Origin: Thermoanaerobaculia bacterium
GTDB lineage: Bacteria; Acidobacteriota; Thermoanaerobaculia; Multivoradales; UBA5704
Assembly (NCBI GenBank): GCA_036380715.1
Contig: DASVEF010000255.1
Span: 6,535-70,534, forward strand
Reading direction: 5' to 3'
Length of the DNA: 64,000 nt
In this document: positions 9,250 to 17,696 of the stretch, piece after piece
Numbering within the stretch: the stretch's first letter is position 1
Layout of the letters: every line of letters begins with the position of its first letter
Program-made: the position numbers and the translations under genes
Notes under the pieces: model-generated
What the model was told of the DNA's origin: nothing
Seen by the model: the letters and a program-made list of their open reading frames with translations, nothing else
The model's database searches: none

Positions 9250-12200
9250 TTACCGGAATGTCGGGGCGGCAGGAGCCGCGCCGTAGAGTTGGAGCATCGT
9301 GCAGCGGAGGACTTCGCGCGGCGCGTCAGCCCTTCCAGAGAGGCATTCGAGCTGCGCGTTGCGGAGAGCGGCGGCCGGTTCCTCGCCGGCGGCGATCCGC
9401 CGGTGCAGGGCTGCGGAGAGCCGGGCCGCGGCGGCGTCGTCCACCCGGCGCAGGCTGGCGACCACCCTGGGAACGCCGCGGGAAAGCAGAGGCCAGACGA
9501 GGCCCGCGACCCCTTCACCCTGCGGGTTGCTTCCGGCCGACTGGCAGGCCGACAGGACGACGAGCCGCGTCGCTCCCGCCGGACGGCCCAGGAGCTCCCG
9601 GGCATAGAGGACTCCGGAGTCTCCGCCGTCGGGAGCCAGGGCGAGCTGGGACAGGAGAGGGCTGCCGGCACTGAGGATGCCATGCCCCGCGAAGTGGACG
9701 ATCCCGTAGCGGCCGATCCCGTCCAGGAGCGCTCGCCGGGTCGCTTCACCGCCGCGGAGCACGCGGACCCGCGGGTAGGCCGCGGCCACCGCTCTGCTCT
9801 CCTCGCCGGCCGCGGAAAGCCTGGGCAGGCCCGGGAACAGAGACTGATCGAAGGCGGGATCGGCGACGACCAGGACCTCGGTATCCGCAAGCTCTGTTCC
9901 GGCGCTCCTCGCGGAGAGCCGGACGAGCGCGTTCAGACTCGGAGCGATGGCGAACGGCCACTGCTCGACGAGCAGACGGCCGCTCCTCGCATCGCGGAGA
10001 GCGCCGAACGGCACCTGGTCCAGCGGCTCCTCCGGCACGAAGACGATCCTCCGACCCGAAGCCAGGTCGCCGGCCACCGGCCGGATCACGGCGTCATAGA
10101 GCTGCTCCGCATCCTTGGCGCTCCCATGCCACAGCCTGCGGACCTGCTTTTCCAGGCGCGCTGCCGCGATCCTGGACTCTCGCAGGCGGATCGAGCCCTG
10201 ATCCACGACCCAGATCAGCAGCTTCTCCGGGAGGACCTGGTAGCAGACGACCACGAGGCCGGGGGGGAGTTGGCGCTGCAACTCGCGGACAGGGTCCGGG
10301 CGGACGGGAGTGGACAGCGCGGAGAGCTCGGTGCCGGCCGGCGCCGGGAGGGCCAGGCTCCAATCGAGCAGCGTACGGGCGCGCGAGCGCTCGAGGACAT
10401 TCAGAGCCTGTTCCGTTCGCCCTCTCTCCACCTGGAGAGCGACCATCTCGTCGTACACGGAGCCCCAGCGATTGAAGAACGCCAGCCGGTGCTCGGTGGC
10501 CGGAAGGCTGCCGCGTTCCTCTTCAATCCGCTCCATGGCATCCCAGAGATCGGCTTCCGCCTCGTCCGGCTTTCCCGCCGACGCGTAGGCGTGGGCCCGT
10601 TCCTGAAGGGCTCTGGAGGCGAGCAGATGCCGGCCGCTCCGCGAGTACAGTGTCAAGGCCTCGCTCAGAGAGTTGGCTGCGTCGCGAGGCCGGCCGGTCA
10701 CCAGCGCCCGGCCTTGGAGGAGGAGGAGATCGGCGATCACGCTCTCCCGCACGTTGACATCCTCGATCCGGGAGGCCTGCGCGCGAGCCGCCCGCAGCTC
10801 TTCGAGAGCCTTCGCTGTGGCGCCGGTGCGGACCAGGAGGACCGCACGGTTGAGCAGTGCGGTGGCGGTCTGCAGGGGCTCTCCCGCGAGGTCCAGGGCT
10901 TCCGTCTGGAGGACGAGCGCCGCGTCCAGGTACCCTGACTCCGCGGCTGCCATGGCCGTCTCGGTGAGAGCGATGCGAAGGCGGGCCGGCTCGTTCCGGG
11001 AGGCCAACTCGCGCAACGCCAGGTGGCGATGCCGCCAGGCCGGGCCGGTGTCTCCGATCTCCTGATAGGCGCTGGCGAGAAGAGTATGGACGGCGGCCAG
11101 GTGGCCGCGCTCCCCGGCCCCTTCAAACCGCACCAGGGCGAGCCGGTACAGGTCCAGGGCTTCGGCAGGCCGCCCCTGAGCCATCCGGGTAGTCCCGAGC
11201 ACCCAGAGGGTCCGCCCTACGAGCGCGTGGTACCTCGATCCGCTCCACCGCTCCAGCAGCTCCTGTGCCCGCCACTGGACCTCCGCGAAGTCGGAACGCT
11301 GATACGCGCAGCGCAAGAGGAGGAAACGCGCCCAGGCTGCCAGCGGGCAACGGACCTTCTCCAGGAGCCGCTGCGCCCGATCCAGGGGCGCTTCGGCTCT
11401 CGCGAAGCTCCGGGCTGTCACCCATCTGAGCCCCTCGGCGTACGCGTGCAATCCGGCGATGAGGTCCGCTCGCCGCTGCGGCTCCCCAGTCAGGGCCTGA
11501 TCGATAGCCGCGATCGAGTCAGCGAGCATCGCCTCTCCGGAGGTCTCCCGGAGGGCGCGGCCGATGGATCGGGCCGAGGCCAGCGTCGCCCGGGCCTGAT
11601 CCCTCCGGCCGCTCCGTTCCTGGTTCGCCCAGGCGATCAGAAGCTGTTCTTCCGCCAAGGTCCGGGCCTCCTGCCGGAACCGTCCCACGAGAGAGGCGAC
11701 CGCCCCTCCGTCCTCCTGCTGCGCCGCGCTCTCGAGCCGGCTCCGCGCCTCCGGCCATAGGTCCTTCTCGGCGCGGTTCGTCAGGGCTGCCAACGCCGTC
11801 CGGGCCTCCTTCGCCCAATCGGACTCAGAATCTCGTTCCAGGTATTCATCCCAGGCCCGCGACGCTTGGCCGGACAGGTGCAGCCGTTGACGTGCCAGGG
11901 CACGGTTGAACAGGGCTTCCGGGCTCGCCGGGCTTCGCGCCACCGCCCTCTCGGCGCAATCCAAGGCTGCGATCAGATCGAGCGGCTGGTCCTGCGCCGA
12001 CCCCCTTACCAGGAAGGCCGCCGCCAAGTCCGAGAGGACTCCGGGATCGCCGGGTTTCTCGGCCAGGGCCTGTTCCAGCGTGGCAATTGCGCGGTCTGGC
12101 TGGCCCGCAAGCAGAAGGAGAGCGGCCTGGCCTTGCCGGGCGCCGCGCACGTGCCCCCTCAACTCGGAGGCGATCCGCCTGGCGGGACGGCGCAGCATTT

Positions 12201-12333
12201 CGTGGACCTCCTGGGCGGTCGGGCGCGATCCAGGATCGAGAGGACCATGTGAAAAACCACACCAGAGGCGCGGCTCGATCCAGCGGCGGACGCTGACAGA
12301 GGCCGCCAGCGACAGGTGACCCGGCGTGCACAC
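9250..12333 (-). CDS. TPR-repeat / CHAT-domain (caspase-like) protease
   Basis: The C-terminal CHAT domain shows the dyad contexts GIVHFAGHG and RLVVLSACQSAG. About 650 aa of TPR-like repeats lie upstream. The annotated start is GTG 12333, but the frame stays open to 12522 and encodes a lipoprotein-type signal peptide without a canonical start (see findings). Confidence 0.85.
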   Translation of the reverse strand: MCTPGHLSLAASVSVRRWIEPRLWCGFSHGPLDPGSRPTAQEVHEMLRRPARRIASELRGHVRGARQGQAALLLLAGQPDRAIATLEQALAEKPGDPGVLSDLAAAFLVRGSAQDQPLDLIAALDCAERAVARSPASPEALFNRALARQRLHLSGQASRAWDEYLERDSESDWAKEARTALAALTNRAEKDLWPEARSRLESAAQQEDGGAVASLVGRFRQEARTLAEEQLLIAWANQERSGRRDQARATLASARSIGRALRETSGEAMLADSIAAIDQALTGEPQRRADLIAGLHAYAEGLRWVTARSFARAEAPLDRAQRLLEKVRCPLAAWARFLLLRCAYQRSDFAEVQWRAQELLERWSGSRYHALVGRTLWVLGTTRMAQGRPAEALDLYRLALVRFEGAGERGHLAAVHTLLASAYQEIGDTGPAWRHRHLALRELASRNEPARLRIALTETAMAAAESGYLDAALVLQTEALDLAGEPLQTATALLNRAVLLVRTGATAKALEELRAARAQASRIEDVNVRESVIADLLLLQGRALVTGRPRDAANSLSEALTLYSRSGRHLLASRALQERAHAYASAGKPDEAEADLWDAMERIEEERGSLPATEHRLAFFNRWGSVYDEMVALQVERGRTEQALNVLERSRARTLLDWSLALPAPAGTELSALSTPVRPDPVRELQRQLPPGLVVVCYQVLPEKLLIWVVDQGSIRLRESRIAAARLEKQVRRLWHGSAKDAEQLYDAVIRPVAGDLASGRRIVFVPEEPLDQVPFGALRDARSGRLLVEQWPFAIAPSLNALVRLSARSAGTELADTEVLVVADPAFDQSLFPGLPRLSAAGEESRAVAAAYPRVRVLRGGEATRRALLDGIGRYGIVHFAGHGILSAGSPLLSQLALAPDGGDSGVLYARELLGRPAGATRLVVLSACQSAGSNPQGEGVAGLVWPLLSRGVPRVVASLRRVDDAAAARLSAALHRRIAAGEEPAAALRNAQLECLSGRADAPREVLRCTMLQLYGAAPAAPTFR

Positions 12334-12615
12334 GTCGATGCGAGCCGAGCCTGGCGAGGGCGAATTCCGGCAGGCGATCAGGAGCAGACCGACGACGAAA
12401 GCCAGGAACAGGCCCAGACGACAGGCTGCTGCAGAAGATCGGATCAGCTCACCTCCGGCGATCTTTGGAAGGCTCGTCCGGATTCTGTCACAGGTACGGG
12501 CCCCCTCTCCCTGTGAACCAGTTCACAGCCGCCCAGTGGAGCGGCTAGCAGCGGCGCTCGCCGGAAGGGACTAGCCTTCTTCCATCGGACATACTTTTCC
12601 GGGAAGGAGACTGTC

Positions 12616-13551
12616 ATGTACGAGCATCGTCGAATCCAGCAGTACCTCCCGTTGCTCGCCCTTATCTTCGCGGTCACGCTCTCCGCGTGCAGCGAGAAGC
12701 ACCGTTCCCCGACCGAGCCCGACTTCGTCAGCGCGAGCACCTCCGGCGTGACCAGCGCCTCCGGCGCGGCGCGCGGCGGCAACGGAGGCGGCAATGGGAA
12801 TGGCAACGGCGGGGGACGCAACCCGAGAGGCAATCCGGGAAGCGGGCTCACCCTGGAGATCCACCCCGACACGTGGAACACCAACTGGGAGCACAGCCAG
12901 GGCACGGTTTCGGCGCTGATCCGCGGCCAGGGGCTCGCCGACGTCGAGCTCTCCTCCATCCAACTCGTCGGTACCGATGCGGCCGCCGGCTCGGTCCCGG
13001 CGCTGCGCACGCAGCGCGCCGGCAATCACATCCGGGTCTTTTTCCGCCAGAGCGACGCCATCGAGACCCTGGACACTCCGCAGCGCGGCGAGGTTCACGA
13101 GGTGAAGATCGAGCTCATCGTAGACGACGAGGAGACGACCCTCACCGATCGGGTCCGTATCGTCGGTCCGGCCGGCGGCGGTGGCGGTGGTGGTGACGAC
13201 GAAGAGGTGGACCTCTCGGTAGAGATCCAGCCGGATAGCTGGAACATGAACTGGGGCAACAGCGCCGGCACGGTGAGCGCGCTGATCCGCGGCACCGGTC
13301 TCGACGAGGTCGACCTGCGATCGATCGGGCTGGAGGGCACCGATGCGGGCGCCGCGCCGGTCCCGGCACTGCGGGCGCAGCGCGCCGGCAACCACATCCG
13401 GGCGTTCTTCGACAAGGGCGACGCCTTCGACACACTCGACACGCCGCGGCCGGGCGAGACGCACCGGATCATCATCCGCCTGTCGGCCGGGGAAGACGAC
13501 GAAGAGATCGAGCTGACCGACCGCATCCGCGTCGTCGGTCCTTCCCGCTGA
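12616..13551 (+). CDS. Lipoprotein with two tandem ~105-aa repeat domains
   Basis: GGAAGGAGA Shine-Dalgarno 5 nt before the ATG at 12616. The signal peptide has lipobox LSAC. A Gly/Asn-rich linker is followed by two homologous modules (LTLEIHPDTWNTNWEHSQGTVSALIRG.. and LSVEIQPDSWNMNWGNSAGTVSALIRG..). Confidence 0.8.
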   Translation: MYEHRRIQQYLPLLALIFAVTLSACSEKHRSPTEPDFVSASTSGVTSASGAARGGNGGGNGNGNGGGRNPRGNPGSGLTLEIHPDTWNTNWEHSQGTVSALIRGQGLADVELSSIQLVGTDAAAGSVPALRTQRAGNHIRVFFRQSDAIETLDTPQRGEVHEVKIELIVDDEETTLTDRVRIVGPAGGGGGGGDDEEVDLSVEIQPDSWNMNWGNSAGTVSALIRGTGLDEVDLRSIGLEGTDAGAAPVPALRAQRAGNHIRAFFDKGDAFDTLDTPRPGETHRIIIRLSAGEDDEEIELTDRIRVVGPSR

Positions 13552-13600
13552 CCCTCACCCCATCCCCTCTCCCGGTCACCGGGAGAGGGGCGCCCCCACC
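13552..13600. repeat. REP-like element, short form (copy R3)
   Basis: CCCTCACCCC, then the hairpin CCCCTCTCCCGGTCACCGGGAGAGGGG (13564-13590). It lies between convergent stops at 13551 and 13601. Confidence 0.7.
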
Positions 13601-14989
13601 CTAGGCCTTTCGCAACAACGCCGAGACCCGGCGGGTCGCCATGCTCTCCGGCGGCTCGCCCCAGCGGTTAATCGAAGTTTCGCGGTCGGCTCCCGCGGCG
13701 AGCAGGGCCTCGACCACGGCGAGGTAGTCATCGTCCGCGTTCCGGCAGTGGGAGGAGCCGTGGCCGGCCCAGCCGAGCGGTGAGCTGCCGAACTGGCGGT
13801 CGCGGACGTTCACCGGCGCTCCCAGCTCCAGGAGCAGGCGCACCATGGCCACGTTGCCGCGCCAAGCGGCGTGGTGCAGCGGCGTGCCCCCCCACGGTCC
13901 TTCCCAGTCCAGGCCGAAACCCAGCTCGGCCATGAGCCGGACGCTCGCCTCCCGCCCCTCCTCGACGGCCAGGAGGAGTGCCTGCCGGTCCTCCGGAGTC
14001 AGCTCGGCCGGCAGCCCCGGATGGCGCGCGAGCAGGGTCCGCGCCGCGGCCGCGTCGGCGCGCAGGCAGGCGCCGAGCAACTCGTCCACCGGGGTGGCCT
14101 TGCCGGGATCCGCGCCGCGCTGGCGCAGGAGGTCCGCGACCGCGGCGTTGTCCGCGCGGACGGCGAGCCCATAGGCCGTACGGCCGTCGGCGCGCGGCTT
14201 GTCGACCTCCGCTCCATGCGCGAGCAGGAGCTCCACGATGGCCGGTGCCCGGCCGAACGCGGCGACGCGGTGGAGCGGCGTCTCGTCCGTAGGACGGCTG
14301 GTCACATTGGGGTCCGCGCCGTGCTCCAGCAGCCAGCGCATCCCCTCCGTGGCCGTGGGGCAGTTGCGGTCGGCTTCCTTGTATCCGGCCAGGAAGTACA
14401 GCGGCGTGTTTCCCCAATGAGGGTGCGCGCCGCTGATCTCCGCTCCGTGCGCGAGCAGCAGCTCCAGGCACTCGCAGTGGTTCAGCTCGGCCGCGTGGTA
14501 GACCGACTCGCCGTCGTTCGGATCGGCGCCGCGTTCGAGCAGTAGCCGCACGACCGGCACGTTGCCGCTCACGCAGGCGAAGTACAGCGCGGGCAGCTTG
14601 CCCTCTCCCTCGGGACCCTTCCAGACCATGTGGCTGTTCGGATCGGCGCCGCGTTCGAGCAGCAGCTCGGCGCACCGCAGGATGCCCCGCGCCCGCTCCG
14701 GGCTGCCGGCGTGGAGAGGCGACGAGCTGGCGTAGAGCAGGGGAGCCCAGCCGTCCGGCTCGTGCCGGGCGATCGCGAGCTGCGGATCGGCGGCGAGCGC
14801 CTTTTCCACGAAATCCGCCTCTCCCGCGCAACAGGCGGCGAAGAGATGGGCGCGGGCGATGCCGGGGTGCCGTTCGAGCAGCCGCTCCGCACCGGCCGCA
14901 TCCCGGTCGCGGACCGCAGCCAGGAGCTGCTCGGCCTGGGGCTCCAGAGACTGCGAGTCGGGATTCGAGGGGAGCTTTTCGGTGTCCAC
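13601..14989 (-). CDS. Ankyrin-repeat protein
   Basis: Multiple ANK units are present (TPLHHAAWRGNVAMVRLLLELGAPVNVRD, TPLYFLAGYKEADRN.., ESVYHAAELNHCECLELLLAHGAEI). The start is GTG at 14989. Confidence 0.85.
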   Translation of the reverse strand: MDTEKLPSNPDSQSLEPQAEQLLAAVRDRDAAGAERLLERHPGIARAHLFAACCAGEADFVEKALAADPQLAIARHEPDGWAPLLYASSSPLHAGSPERARGILRCAELLLERGADPNSHMVWKGPEGEGKLPALYFACVSGNVPVVRLLLERGADPNDGESVYHAAELNHCECLELLLAHGAEISGAHPHWGNTPLYFLAGYKEADRNCPTATEGMRWLLEHGADPNVTSRPTDETPLHRVAAFGRAPAIVELLLAHGAEVDKPRADGRTAYGLAVRADNAAVADLLRQRGADPGKATPVDELLGACLRADAAAARTLLARHPGLPAELTPEDRQALLLAVEEGREASVRLMAELGFGLDWEGPWGGTPLHHAAWRGNVAMVRLLLELGAPVNVRDRQFGSSPLGWAGHGSSHCRNADDDYLAVVEALLAAGADRETSINRWGEPPESMATRRVSALLRKA

Positions 14990-15130
14990 AGCCAGAGTGA
15001 CATGGAGTCAGCTTCAGCGGCTCAGCCCAGGTGGGATCGTTCCTTCCCGCGGACGGGGTGCGCCCTGTGCGCGAGAGTGATTATAGCCGGCTTCCGGTAC
15101 ACTTTTCGCGTCCATCAGGAGGTGGCCCCT

Positions 15131-15958
15131 ATGTCAACATCAACCTGGACGAGAAACGCCGGACTCCTTCTGCTCGTCTTCCTCGCCTTCGCCTCTCACC
15201 CTGCCGGAGGAGCGGACCGTCCTCCGATCGATCTCGCGGGCACTCGGGTCATCGACCTGACCCACTCCTTCGACGAGAAGACGATCTACTGGCCGACCGC
15301 GCCGACGACCTTCAAGCTCGACCGCCTCTCCTATGGCAAGACCGAGGCCGGCTTCTTCTACGCCGCCAACGCCTTCTGCACGCCGGAGCACGGCGGCACC
15401 CACCTCGACGCTCCGATCCACTTCGCGGAAGGGAAGCGCACGGCCGACCAGATCCCGGTCGAGCAGCTCATCGGCCCGGCCGCGGTGATCGACGTCGCCG
15501 CGAAGGCGGCGGCCGATCCCGACTACCGCCTGACGCCGGCGGACGTGAAGGCGTGGGAAGAGCGGCACGGCCCCGTGACGCAGGGCGCCATCGTCCTGCT
15601 GCGCACCGGCTGGGGCAAGCGTTGGCCGGACCGCAAGCGCTACCTGGGAGACGACAAGCCGGGCGACGCCTCGAACCTTCACTTCCCCTCCTACGGCGCC
15701 GAAGCCGCCCGCTACCTGATCGAGAAGCGCAAGGTCAAGGCCCTCGGCGTTGACACCGCGAGCATCGACCACGGCCCCTCGAAAGACTTCATCGTCCACC
15801 AGATCGCCGGCGGCGTCAACGTCCCCGGCTTGGAGAACGTGGCGAACCTGGAAGATCTGCCGGAGACGGGCGCCTGGGTCATCGCCCTGCCCATGAAGAT
15901 CGCGGGAGGATCGGGAGGGCCGGTGCGGATCGTGGCGCTGGTGCCCGCGAGGCCATAG
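15131..15958 (+). CDS. Cyclase-family protein (kynurenine formamidase-like), secreted
   Basis: ORF 14630..15958 trimmed to the ATG at 15131, which follows GGAGGTG. The signal peptide is MSTSTWTRNAGLLLLVFLAFASHPAGG. The putative-cyclase motif is EHGGTHLDAPIHF. Confidence 0.85.
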   Translation: MSTSTWTRNAGLLLLVFLAFASHPAGGADRPPIDLAGTRVIDLTHSFDEKTIYWPTAPTTFKLDRLSYGKTEAGFFYAANAFCTPEHGGTHLDAPIHFAEGKRTADQIPVEQLIGPAAVIDVAAKAAADPDYRLTPADVKAWEERHGPVTQGAIVLLRTGWGKRWPDRKRYLGDDKPGDASNLHFPSYGAEAARYLIEKRKVKALGVDTASIDHGPSKDFIVHQIAGGVNVPGLENVANLEDLPETGAWVIALPMKIAGGSGGPVRIVALVPARP

Positions 15959-15991
15959 TCCGAACAGCGTGAGCCTGTCCGTAGAGCGCTT

Positions 15992-17518
15992 ATGCAGAAG
16001 CACGTCTTCATCAGCTACTCCTCCAAGGATGCCGCCTCGGCGAAGGGGATCTGCGAATCCCTCGAGAGGCAAGGCATCGCCTGCTGGATCGCACCCCGGG
16101 ACGTTGCTCCAGGGCACGATTACGATGAGGAGATCATCGATGCGATCGATGCCACGAGCGCGCTGTTGCTGATCTTGTCCGAACACTCCAACGAATCTGT
16201 CCATGTGAAGCACGAGGTAGAGCGGGCGGTGAGGACCGGAAAACCTATTTTCCCTGTCCGCATCCAGGATGTGCAGCCGTCGAAAAAGCTGGCGCTCCAC
16301 ATCTCCACGCGGCACTGGCTCGACGCCTGGGAACCCCCTCTCGAGCCGAAACTGGTCCAGCTTGCCGCAGGCGTACGGCGGCTTGCCAAGATTCCGGAAG
16401 ATCCGCGTCAGGTCACGGCTGAGCAGTTGCCGCCAGCCTCCGCCGAAGCACCAGCGCCAATTCTACCGACGGCAGTCCCGGAATCGGCCGCTGTTCCTCC
16501 CACGACAGAGCCCATGGCAACGGAATCCAGGTCCGTAGAAGCCTCGACCTCTCCGCTTCCTCACGACCCCAGCGCTCGGGAGGCCGTGGAGCGGGCTCTC
16601 GGCGAGATCCAAATCAAAACCGGAGCCCATATGGGAGGCCTCTGGTTGAAGGATGAGAACTCCTCCGTCGTGTGGATGAAGCTGTACAGAGAGTGGCGGC
16701 AAAGAGCCGTATCGGAGTTGTGCAGTCTACTGACAGAGCCCGGACAGGACAGCGAGAGGCAACTCAAGGCCATCCTCCTTCTGAAGCAGGCGGTATTCAC
16801 GCCGGAAGGCAGGCGGTCGATCTTGTTGATCCTGGACTCTGTTCATGAATTTGTCAGCGAGGCCGACCAGCGTGGGAAAGCGGCCCTGGAGTTGATCAGC
16901 GCGGCTCCCGTCCCGCCCAAGGTAAAATGGGAGCGGGTCTTTCCCCTTCTCGAGACCGCGCCCAAAGGCGCACGGCAAATGATTCTCATGGCCTTGCCCA
17001 GTATGACTCCTCCTGAGGAGAAGGCGCGTACGGGAGAAGCCATCCTCGACCTCTTCACCTTTGCGCCAACAGCAGACGGCAGCTATGAGGTCTCCGCAAT
17101 CCGTGCTCTGGATTACCGTGCAGGCATACCAATGATCCGGGACCTGGTCACTTCTTCACCCTTGGGGAAGGCCGAGCTCTTGGCGGAGCTCCTGGCCAGA
17201 TGGCGAGACAAGGACTCGGTTTCCTCCATCCGCGAGGCCATCGAAAACTGGCGTTACACGGCTCCCGACCTCGGAAGGCTGATCGAAAGCCTGCAGGAGT
17301 TGGATGGCCCTGCTTGCGCGTCCTACCTCGCCAAGATCCTTCTGGACGGCACGCCAGCCCTGCAATGGAACATGCTGGAGTACCACCGCCTCAAGGATTA
17401 TCGCGATGACCCCTCCGTTCTCGAGGCCGTCAGAAAGGTGGAGGCTACAGCATCCGATCCTCGGATCAAGAAGCTCGCACAGGATTTCTTGAGCCAAGGA
17501 AAGAATCCAGGCGTCTGA
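15992..17518 (+). CDS. TIR-domain protein with a helical-repeat C-terminal region
   Basis: The N-terminus is a bacterial TIR pattern (MQKHVFISYSSKDAASAKGICESLERQGIACWIAPRD..LLLILSEHSNESVHVKHEVERAV). A Pro-rich linker follows, then about 330 aa of predicted helical, HEAT/ARM-like sequence. The stretch is A/T-richer than its flanks. Confidence 0.85.
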   Translation: MQKHVFISYSSKDAASAKGICESLERQGIACWIAPRDVAPGHDYDEEIIDAIDATSALLLILSEHSNESVHVKHEVERAVRTGKPIFPVRIQDVQPSKKLALHISTRHWLDAWEPPLEPKLVQLAAGVRRLAKIPEDPRQVTAEQLPPASAEAPAPILPTAVPESAAVPPTTEPMATESRSVEASTSPLPHDPSAREAVERALGEIQIKTGAHMGGLWLKDENSSVVWMKLYREWRQRAVSELCSLLTEPGQDSERQLKAILLLKQAVFTPEGRRSILLILDSVHEFVSEADQRGKAALELISAAPVPPKVKWERVFPLLETAPKGARQMILMALPSMTPPEEKARTGEAILDLFTFAPTADGSYEVSAIRALDYRAGIPMIRDLVTSSPLGKAELLAELLARWRDKDSVSSIREAIENWRYTAPDLGRLIESLQELDGPACASYLAKILLDGTPALQWNMLEYHRLKDYRDDPSVLEAVRKVEATASDPRIKKLAQDFLSQGKNPGV

Positions 17519-17696
17519 GTCCGGCTCGACCTGATCCCCGGCGGACTCCCCCCCCGGCGATTCTCGCACTTGGCAAAACCCATCTAAGGCCGTACAGTAG
17601 CCACACCAATCTGGGCTGTCCGCATCCCGATCGCCGGCCTGTCCCGGCGATGTTCGCCGATTCTGCTGCGTCTTCAGGAAGTGTGGAGGAGGACGG

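Noticed and set aside
17560-17600. A sigma-54-type promoter upstream of the oxidase operon (TTGGCAAAACCCATCT).
   Set aside because: Only the TGGCA half resembles the -24 box. No TTGC -12 element lies at the correct 4-5-nt spacing.
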